Shown here: in pieces, positions 12,371 to 24,468 of the stretch
Position numbering within the stretch: position 1 is the stretch's first letter
Layout of the letters: the number at the start of each line of letters is the position of its first letter
NCBI RefSeq assembly: GCF_006345805.1
Contig: NC_043011.1
Span: forward strand, 10,850,001-10,914,000
Source: Octopus sinensis
Taxonomy: Eukaryota
Reading direction: 5' to 3'
Length of the DNA stretch: 64,000 nucleotides
Program-made: the position numbers and the translations under genes
The notes under the pieces: model-generated
Databases searched by the model: none
What the model was told of the DNA's origin: nothing
The model's input: only the letters and a program-made list of their open reading frames with translations

Positions 12371-13898
12371 CTGTGGCCCTGCTGGACAACTCTTACCTAT
12401 TCCTACTGTTCTTATAAATATTTCTTCCTGTAACTTTACTTCTAGGATCTCAGATAGCCACTCCATGTAAATCTCTCTCTCTCTCTCTCTCTCTCGCCAC
12501 TCTCTGTCTCTCTCTTCCTTTCTTAACAAAGTTGCAGGTCTTCAAACCCAGGGTTTTTACAGTATCTGGTTCTGACTTTGTATGGTAGGATGGGACTTTT
12601 GGTATTATGCAGTGGCAACCATTTCAAGGATTGGATTGCTGTAGCTTTTAATACCACTTTATATTTTCTTGTCTTTGCTCTAGAAAGTAGAGTCTTGGTG
12701 CCTGTAGCACTACTAGTAAGCTTAACTTTTGCATTGATGTCATTTTCTTCATGTTTGATAGGAGGTGGGGTAGCAGAATTTCCGACTCTCTCATACTAAA
12801 CAACATCAGGATTTGTCCCAACAGCCATCTTGGCCATGTGCTCATGAAAAGATATGTTATTACTTATATTTATCATTAAGTTACCCTTGACTTTAACCCT
12901 TAAAAAATAGGAAGTGTTAAACATAGAAATTCAATATGTGAACATTAATTAAAACAGGTCAAATATGTGTTCTACCAGTAAACACAACTTGAAGCTTGGT
13001 TTGTGTTCAGGAAAGCTAAAACAAAAATTGCTTCATTTTATGCTTGTCTAAAAATAGATACAAGAGAAGCTAGAATACCACAAACACTGCTCCACCATCT
13101 TTGGATGTAAGAAGTTTTAAGAAAGAATTTAAATTTAATTCACAAAGAATGAATATTCATATTGTTAGTTTTGAAATCTCTCTAAATCTCTAAATTATAA
13201 AGTTTGATTGTGACGAATTCACTATCAAACATACTTTGTATTGCTCTTGTTGTCTTTGGTGGATACAAACATTTATTTGTGGGTGGTAGTGATTGCAGTG
13301 TACTGATATCTCATAACAAACATTTCTTTTGGTCATACACAAATATTATTGGCTGTTGCATCATTTACACAGCTCTATATAAAACAAATTAATTTTTGTA
13401 ATTATGAGGTTGTAGTCTAATTTCTCAATTCAATCAAAATAAAATCCTAATCTTGTGAAAATTATTTGGTAATAATAATTGATAGTAGTGTTTTATTAAT
13501 GATTTAGAATCTGAAGAACACATTTACAGTGTATACAAAAGAATGTGATGGTCACAGTCGAAATGCTATTGGTTACTGGTTTATTCAGTGAAAGTCATCT
13601 TCAAGATAAACATTGCATCATCCATTTCAACCGTATAACCATTCCATTGTCTTTCCTCTGCATCTATATTTCCTATGTCTATCTGATCATTTTCTCAATG
13701 TCAAAGATCCATCACTATGTACCACTGCGTACTTTCTTTTTATATTTCAGTGTATCCAATGGTAGTGTGATGAGAAGACTTTTAATACATAACTCCAGTC
13801 CCATCATCATGAAATATTTCTTGCAAATTGCAAGAAATATTTCAGTACTTAGAGTATGAGAAAAGATTCCATTTTAAAATTGCTCCTTTATGTTTTAG

Positions 13899-15626
<1,728 letters not shown>

Positions 15627-16869
15627 AACATTATCATATTTATTAATTACTGAGGCATTATTGGTTATCTGCATGAAGAAATCATGAAAATTCATAGAAA
15701 CTTGATGCAAAATAAAATTACATGGTGGATTTATATTGCTGTTACATAATATTGTGATAATTGTTTGAATTTTTTCCAATTTTGATGCAAAATCTAAGAT
15801 ATTGGAAGATCATAAAGTTGGTGAATAAACAAACAAGGAGAAACATAGTAGAAGGTTGGTCTATGAAAAGGAAAACAGAGAAAGGTCTTGCTTTGCACCT
15901 ATGACTTGTAGGCTATATATTTTGATTCATTGAACATTCAAGTAATAAATACCCAGCTATAATTATTGTAACACTTGATTTTCTAAATCACCTATTTTAT
16001 CTTTGGTAAAAATTTCATCAGAAAAGTATCCACATAAATTTATGCGTGTCACCTTACTGCTTTTAAATATTTTTATATTATATGATAACATGCATCATAT
16101 AAATTGTTAAACAGTTAAAAGATAACTTTTAGGAACTTTCCCTCATTGGGGATAATGTTAAAAGCAATTTGTTCAGGTAGTGTCCCTTCTGTTATCCTCA
16201 AATTGTATACTTCAAGCTTATACCCATACATTCTCAAGATTTCAGTCTTTTTCTTTCTACAAAGATTTATGCCATTTTCTAGAAAAACATAACAGTGTAT
16301 TTTGAAAAAAGGACAACCAGTTGACCCTTCCCAACTATCAATATACTCTCCCCACTTTTAACCTACCCAATTAAGCCATTAGCCCCAGAAACTTGAGTCT
16401 CTCTCCATCTTTATTGATCTTTAGTACAGCTTCTGGAGAGCTACACCACCATTGGCACTTTTAGGAGCAACTCAGTTGTGCTTATTTGCACCAGTGAAGT
16501 TATCAACTCTGACTTATATTCTTCTTGATAAGCTTTTCACTTATTGGAAATATTATTACATGGAGTGGTAGATTTCAGTCAAAACACTCTCTGACAGCAT
16601 GTGCTTACAGATACTTCCCAATATACATTCTGTTGACTCTGTTTTACCCCAAGTTTTATGATTATACCGAATGTATTTACTTGTTACTTCTAAGTAGATA
16701 ACTCATTGCTGATTCTCACTTGGAGCATGGAACCTTGTCGAAGGTTATATCATGTTAAGGAATACTTGTTTTATTCCTAGTTAAGTAATTCTACTGTTTA
16801 TATCTCATTAAGAAGGAATATTGGTGATATCCCATGTAATAAAATAATTTCTGCTTACTTGTCTTTTTA

Positions 16870-17360
16870 TTCAGACATAAATATATTCACATAGGAGAAA
16901 AATCACACCATTCTGATATCTGTGGTAAATTGATTCACACAGAAGAAAAACCAAACAATTGTGATATGTAGTAAAACAGTTTCTGTTAGTGAGTTTTTAT
17001 CTACAAACCAAATTATTTACACACAAGTAAAAACATGTCATTGGGACGATTGTGGTATAAAATTCTCTCAAAAGTGATTCACACAGGGAGAGAAGTCATA
17101 TGACTGTGATATTTGCAATAATAAGCTTTCTGTCTTAATAGTAACTTATTGGTCCATAGATGTATTCATATTGGCGAAGAAACATACCACTGTGATATCT
17201 GTGGTAAAATTTTTCCTTTTAGTAGTTCTTCATCTATACACTGAAGAAAGAAAACTATACTATAACAATACCTGTGGTAAAATATTTTTCAAGAAAAGAG
17301 CTTTTTCTAAACAAATGTATCCACACAGGGAAGAAACCATACCATCTGTGGTAAAATATT
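16870..17360 (+). pseudogene. Highly decayed C2H2 zinc-finger relic
   Basis: Repeated attcacac.ggaga.aa...tgtgatat.tgtggtaaa finger-linker DNA with many indels and stops. Confidence 0.8.
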
Positions 17361-17368
17361 TCCTGTTA

Positions 17369-17700
17369 TCTATATATATAAAACTGAGAATGTGTGTCTG
17401 TCTGTCTGTGAATCTCTAAAACTTGAGAACTACACAACCAATTTCATTCAAATTTTACACATGCCTTACTTAGGGTCCATGTAGTGTCATGGGCAAAAAA
17501 TGTCTAACTTCTTGCCTAGGGCAAGCCCACAGCAATATCATATCTTCTCCACTATTTCAGTATTACTTGTTAAAAGTGAAACAAAAACATCTCTCTATTG
17601 TAATGTCAGATACTTTCACTTTAATACTGAAACTATTAAAGTCAAACTATTATATAAGAGGGATGAACCATTAACAGTGGACATCCATTTTGCTAGAAGA
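17369..17700 (+). mobile_element. Non-autonomous Helitron-like element, 5' part
   Basis: Starts A|TCTATATATATAAAA followed by gtgtgtctgtctgtctgt and ccaatttcattcaaatttt, typical of Helitron/DINE-like 5' ends; 3' limit uncertain. Confidence 0.55.
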
Positions 17701-17797
17701 TCCACTATGGTCTTATATGCTACACCAATGGTTTTCAATTCATATTAATCAAATTAATATTCAATTTCTCACCCTTATTATCTTAAATTTAAATTTA

Positions 17798-17992
17798 AAC
17801 CCAGGACCATGTGTTTTGGAACGAAGTTTGTTACCACACAGCCACACCTGCACCTATGTATGTGTGTATAGCTGTATATGTATACATTTATTTCTATATA
17901 TATATAGATGTATATGTATATGTGTAGATGTATATATATATATAGATAGATGTACATGTAATATGTACACATATATTCACATATATACATGC

Positions 17993-18054
<62 letters not shown>

Positions 18055-18131
18055 TACACACACACACATACATAGGTGCAGGTGTGGCTGTGTGGTAACA
18101 AACTTTGTTCCAAAACACATGGTCCTGGGTT
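17798..18131. repeat. Inverted repeat, 70-bp arms (17798-17867 and 18062-18131) around a TA-rich spacer
   Basis: aacccaggaccatgtgttttggaacgaagtttgttaccacacagccacacctgcacctatgtatgtgtgt and its reverse complement, 1 mismatch. Confidence 0.93.
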
Positions 18132-18395
18132 CAGTCCCACTGTGTGATGATTTGGCATGTGTCTTCTGCTATAGACTCAGACCAACCAAAGCCTTGTCAG
18201 TGGATTTTGCAAACAGAAACTGAAAGAAATCAATCGCATATATATATGTATGTATATATTTAAGTGTATGTGGATGACTTTGTTTCTGTGTTTCACTCTC
18301 ATCACTGCTTCACAACTGCTGTTCGTTTATTTACATCCCCATAACTTACTGGTTTCACAAGAAGAAACTAATAAGTACCAGGCTTAAAAAAAGGC
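18074..18395 (+). mobile_element. tRNA-derived SINE, 3'-truncated
   Basis: A-box-like ggctgtgtggtaa, B-box-like gggttcagtccc; body matches the 22.4-22.8 kb and 49.4-49.8 kb copies. Confidence 0.85.
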
Positions 18396-18627
18396 ACAAG
18401 GCTGTGTCTCATACTCAGTTGTATCTATTATAGATACAACTGAGTATGAGGTTTGGTTAGCAGTTGTATCTATTATAGATACAACTGAGTATGAGACACA
18501 GCCATGTGCCTTTTTTTAAGCCTGGTACTTATTAGTTTCTTCTTGTGAAACCAGTAAGTTATGGGGATGTAAATAAACGAACAGCAGTTGTGAAGCAGTG
18601 ATGAGAGTGAAACACAGAAACAAAGTC
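18276..18627. repeat. Palindrome, 167-bp arms with 18-nt loop and nested hairpins
   Basis: 18276-18442 is the reverse complement of 18461-18627 (2 mismatches seen); ctcatactcagttgtatcta-tta-tagatacaactgagtatgag at 18408-18450 is itself a perfect 20-bp hairpin. Confidence 0.95.
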
Positions 18628-20309
18628 TTTATGTATGTCAAAGGCAACAGAAATCCAAAGAAGATTCTACATGAATTAAAGATAACTATATAACAAATAG
18701 TTATATTTTACAAACTTAATGTTTTAGAAAAGAAATTCAGCTTGCACTAAGTCAGTTCACAACTTCAGCAACCTATGTATATTTATATATATCTCATTGC
18801 ACTGCACATTGGGCAAATGTCTTCTTCTACAGCCCTGAGCTAACCAAAGCCTTCTGAGTGGGTTTGATAGTAGATGGAAACTAAGAAACAATCCTGTTGT
18901 GTGTGTACACACATACATACACACGTGTGGCTTTTGTGTATTTGTTTGCATCTGTTGCTTGCTTATATGAAAGTCATGACATTCGCATAGTCTTCTTGTT
19001 GGCATTTCTCTTGTCAATATATGTTTGCATCATGCCTTCAAAGCTTGTTGGAATATGAGATCCTCTACTTGAGAAAGAGAATCCAGCAATAAAACAAATG
19101 TCTCAATAATATATTTGTGTAACCCTGGCTAATGTAGAAAATCATGCAAAAACAAATGAAAATATATATAAAAGATAAAGATAAATAGGTCTGTCATGAG
19201 CTTACAGGTTCATCAGGTTCAAGTTTGTCCAGTTGCCATTGCTTTTAAGCTCCTGAGAGAGTACAATACTCTACCACTGAATGAGAAGTTAGTCTTCCAT
19301 ACTCATTTTCTGTTGAGTAGACTGGAGCATGTGCATGCACAAATACACATGCATAACTGTAGACAGACATACAGAAAATGACTGAGAAAATCCCTTGCAG
19401 TGTTTAATTATGCTCCTTTACTTCCTAAATTCACTTTCTTCTGAAGCTATCTGTGCTTTTCATTTTATGAAAGTGAATAAAAGAAATTCAGTTGATAATG
19501 AATGTGGGCATTACTCTGGTTAAAAAGTTTGGTATACAACCTTATAGTTCTGAGTTTGATCTCACTTCACAGTGCTTGTGATTATAATTTGGTAGATAGT
19601 AAAATAGGATAATTGATACTTGGCCAAAAGGAAGTCTATCTCATTTTATGAATCATCACTCTCAATGAAATCTTGTGGCCTAGAACTGGATGGTTAATGG
19701 TGATGTTGGAATTGGCTTGATTTCTAGATATGGCTTCTCAGCTAATCCTGTGTTGACATTTATTGGTGCTGCTGTTAATTCTGAGCTGACATTTAATTGT
19801 TGATGCTGCTGCTGTACTTAGAGATATCCTAAGTGGTATCCAACGAAAGGCAACTTGACTTATTGCTATGAAGTTGCTCACCATCACACTTCAACAACCT
19901 CTAGTCATATGAAGTTATACCAGACAGTGTCTTCTACTATAACTTTGAGCTGACCAATGCCTTGGGAATAGAATTTGGTTGATGGAAACTGTATGTGTAT
20001 TTCACATATGCGACATATGACAAGTTGATAATTTTAGTGAAGATCCATTGTAAATTTTGTTATGCCTGGCACAAGTTATATATATGTATGTATGTGTATA
20101 TTCTCTTCAGTAGCCATGCAGGAGTAATACAACTCTCAGAGGTTTTTGTGTGATCATAACAGTGCTGTTTATTGTTCTATATTCTACTGACTGTCATTTT
20201 AATTGGTGATGTGGTATTGAAACAAAAAAAAAAATAAATAAACAACGATATCTGTGTGTATGTTTAAAGAGAGAGAGAGAGAGAATGAAGGATTTGAGAT
20301 GGTTGTCTG

Positions 20310-20455
20310 CATAGTTTCAGTCTACCAAATTCCATTTACTACAAAGTATTGGTCAGCCTAAATCTATACTAGAAGATACTTCCCAATGTGCCATGTAAGG
20401 TACTGAATCTGGAATTGTGTGTGTGAAGCAAACTTCTTCAAAGCACTGCATACAT
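20310..20455 (-). mobile_element. Decayed tRNA-derived SINE, 5' half
   Basis: gtttcagtctaccaaattcc...tactagaagatacttcccaatgtgcc matches the reverse complement of the SINE head. Confidence 0.7.
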
Positions 20456-21873
20456 ACCCCCCTATATGTGTCTGTGTGTGTGTATATATATATATATATA
20501 TAAATTGGACATGGGCGATTCTTGTATTCTTTCTTGCCTTGAGGTTCACAGCCAAATGGCTGGGTGGGTTCTCATGAAAAATGGCACACATGTGGAGACA
20601 GGTGCATAGATTGGAATGCGGTTTGTATTTTTTTTTCCTAGTTCCCATAGTTACTGAGGAAATCGATTAAAACCTTTTCTAATGGAATTCCCATTTGTTC
20701 CGCCATTAAAACAACAAGTTGTTCACACAGCCGGCATGTACCATTTCGCTAGCAACAAGGGGAGTACAAGATGACAGTCAGCCAAAACTTTCGCTATGCT
20801 ATCTCTCTCCTTTCTCCTCTTTGTGGGGTTAATAATCTTAACCTTTAGTTACAGTTTCTCATTCAAACTACATAATAGACTGAATTGTCGGATTAAGACA
20901 GTAGGGTGTTTTGAGGGAGATTTGGCTTCTATTTCTACCAGTTCTACCTACCATGTAAAGGTCTGAACTTAATTTTCATTTACATATTTGCATTTCAAAA
21001 ATTTAACATAATCTTTTCCATAAATCAACTATCATAAAAATTTTATACGATGACCTCACATTTTCTATGTATGTGTGTGTACCTTAAAAGACGTCTATCA
21101 TCATGACACACACCTTCACTCACATATCTTTCTCACATACACACACACATGGACTGAAACACCATAAAAAAAAAAAAAAGCATCTCCTCAGAATTATTTT
21201 GTTACATATCACCATCAAGGCTCAGACAACACACCTATCTTTTCTCCTTGTTGTGTTTTACTCCCCCTCTTTAGAACATCAACCCTATAGAATTTTGTCC
21301 CCACAAACATGGTTTTGCAGATGTTTAAACTGAACAAGTTGTATTAATCTCGTCAATTATGAAATACCTTCAAAAGTTAGAGCCTTGTTCTATCTAATAT
21401 ATTTCTTGGGAGAGCTAACTCAGTATTTCCAACTAGCTAAAAAAAAAAAAAACAAGCATCAAGACTTGGTTGAAAAGGTCCTTGTCAAGGGATGGCATGC
21501 AGCCTCGTTTTCTACTGAGGTTGCTACCATGGCATTCCAGATAGATTGGTGCTATTTCCTACAGAATATAAGTCTAGGTTTCAGACAGCTGAAGAAATCC
21601 ACCGTGGAGATAGGCAGAACAGCTGAAACCAGCTCAAGGTAACTATAGTTCATCGGAGAATATAAGTGGAACCCTTCTACAGGTGAAGAGTAGTTCAGTC
21701 CTCACTGCCCCACTCAGGTGATGTGTACACGCTAAGGGAGCAAAGCACTTGTGACTCTGAGACACCTGCTGGCAATATGGAAGGGTTTTCAGCATTCTGA
21801 TGGATATAGAAGATCTTGTAAAATCTCTGAGTAACTTTTGCACAAGGCAAAGCATCTCTGATATTTATTACAC

Positions 21874-21911
<38 letters not shown>

Positions 21912-21935
21912 ATACACACACATATATATTATATA

Positions 21936-22330
21936 CTAGCAGTATTGCCCAGCTTTGCAAAATGGTCACATTTAATTCAAAGCGTTAAAAATGTTATGAA
22001 AACAATTGGTGTGTTCACAAAGTCCAAACGATTAATATGAAAAAATCCTCCAGGCTACATCCCGAAATTTCATTTCTTTGCTGAATTTCTACAATGTTTA
22101 TGGCGATTCGTTTTTATATCTTGATTTTTTATTTTTCATGCAATTTACGCATGCTTGCACACGTGGTGAACACAGTTCACGTCAAACAGCTGACTGAGTA
22201 AAGTTCACTATTCAATGCAAGGGATAAGGCCTAAACAAACACATTATCGATTTTTGCACTTGCGAGATGAATTTTGGGACAGAAATAGCGCAGTTCAATT
22301 TTCATTCGCCTAAACTTTAAGTGACCCATT
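21936..22330 (-). mobile_element. Helitron-like 3' end
   Basis: Minus strand ends gcaaagctgggcaatactgCTAG|T, similar to gcaacgccgggtaactctgCTAG|T at 31625-31648; inner limit uncertain. Confidence 0.6.
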
Positions 22331-22439
22331 TTTGGTGGTTCTACTATTTGTTGGCTAGGAGGAGATGTGCTGGGAAGTTAAACACACAGACACACAAGTT
22401 GAGTTTTATGTATATATAGATATATATACATATTTTTTA

Positions 22440-22808
22440 TAGCTTGTCTCAGTCATTAGACTTCAGCTAGGCACCGACTTGAAGGGTTTTAATCAAACAA
22501 TTAATGCCAATGTTTTTTTTAAAGTCTAGTATTTATTCTATGGGTTTCTTTGCTGAACTGCTAAGTTATGGGAATGTAAATATCCCAACACTGGTTCTCA
22601 AACAGTCATTGGGAACAATCAAAGACACACACACACACATATATACAACAGGCTTCTTTCAGTTTCCATCTACCAAATCCACTCAATACTTTGGTCAACC
22701 CAAGGCTATAGTAGAAGACACTTGCCCAAGTTGCCACACAATGGGACTGAACAAGGAACCATGTGGTTGGGAAGCAAACTTCTTACCACACAGCCACACA
22801 TGCACCTG
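22440..22808 (-). mobile_element. tRNA-derived SINE, near full length, diverged
   Basis: Head (cttaccacacagccac, gggactgaac), body and 3' end colinear with the 49.4-49.8 kb copy. Confidence 0.85.
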
Positions 22809-22907
22809 TATTGAAAATCTGCCTCAACAAATTCCATCTGACCCATGCAAGAATGGAAAAGTAGATGTTAGATGTTGATGATATATATATGTGTGTGTGT
22901 GTGTATG

Positions 22908-22959
<52 letters not shown>

Positions 22960-22971
22960 TATATATAAATA

Positions 22972-23808
22972 CAGGGTATCTCAGAAGTCACTGATGGGTT
23001 TCAGTTTTAATAGCTTCCTTAGCTTTACAAATAAATGCAGGAAATGTTGATACAGTATAAGGGACATAATGGAGGTTAATATGCACAGGTGAAATTTTGC
23101 AACATTGCGACATCAAATATGAAAAATGACAGCCATTTTCAGTTTTGCACACTCATGTTCTTTCCACCATAACGCCCTCAAGGGTTTCAGATCCCACTTC
23201 TCTGTTTTCTCTATTGATGTTCTCCTTCAGTTGCACCAGGGTATATGGCTTGTTGATGTTGGCCCTCTCTTTCAGGTGTCCCCACAAGAGAATATCAAGT
23301 CTGGGGAACATAAAATTGATATTGGTGTAGCAGGAGATTATTCTTTCTCCAAAGCACTGCCATAGCAACTGCATTGTTTCTCTTGTGGTATAAGCAGTTG
23401 CCCCATCATGTTGGAACCATGTGTAAGATCTACTGAATGGCCTTCATGTTCTCCAGACTTGACTAGCCTGGATTTTTTCTTGTGGGGATACCTGAAGGAG
23501 AGGGTTTGCATCGGCAAGCTAGAGACCCTGGTGCGACTGAAAGAGAGGAACAATTGAGAAATCGGAGGGGTGGGGTCTGAAACTCTTGAGGGTGTTACGG
23601 TGGAAAGAGCACTGGTGTGCATAGCCAGAAATGGCTGCCATTTAAGCAGTCATTTTTCATGTGTGATGTAGTGGTGTTGCGGGGTTTTACTTGTGCATAT
23701 TAGTTTCCATTATTTCCTTTATGTTGTATCGAAGTTTCATGCATTTGTTTGTACAGTTGGGGAGGTTATTAGAAATTGAGATCCGTTAGTGACTTTTGGG
23801 ACGCCCTG
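22972..23808. mobile_element. Tc1/mariner-type non-autonomous element made of two inverted right ends
   Basis: TA|cagggtatctcagaagtcactgatgg versus ccgttagtgacttttgggacgccctg|TA; both halves carry the transposase C-terminus (SPDLTSLDFFLWGYLKERV on +, LDILLWGHLKERANINKP on -). Confidence 0.85.
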
Positions 23809-24468
23809 TATATGTATATATATGTGTGTGTGGGTGTGTGTGTGTATATATATATATATATGCTTTCCTCCTGGCTATAACACGAACTACGAACCGCAGG
23901 ATGATGAATAATATCAGCTAAGTCATATTTAAGTTCACGACCTGTTCCTCTTTCATTGTTTTTGCAAGTATTATTATCACCATCAAGCCTTATTATTGTG
24001 TCCCCCATATATTATCATTATCCTTCGTCTCAAATGCTAGCTGAAGCATATAAACTTTCGCTCACAAAAACTTATTCACACGACCGCAAAAAAACATCTC
24101 GTCTCAAATCTGGTCTTTGTCGCTTAATTCTCTAACCCATCTTTCCCAACTTCCACTCATAGAAACTTATGCACACGGCCGCAAACCTTTCCATCTCAAA
24201 TCTTGCCTTTCTTACTGCCGCCTAAATCTCGTCTTCTCCCAGTGCGCCCGCCCTCCCGCCCCCACCACCACTGGAAGTCCTTATCTCACCTTGCCTTCCT
24301 TTGCTTTTCTTCCATGAACACCTAAAGGCCTTAAACCAATACCACCCCTTCTATATATGGTGGTGACCATACGGCGCAAAAACATGTTAGTGCAGTGTAA
24401 CAGGTTGAACTTAAGTTCATTGCTTTGCTTATGAATTCTGCCAAATACGAGTTTTTTCTTCCTTTCAG

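Noticed and set aside
21400-21870. Higher-complexity stretch, and a similar one at 40330-40800, that may be LINE remnants
   Set aside because: No recognisable domain motif in any frame; left unannotated.
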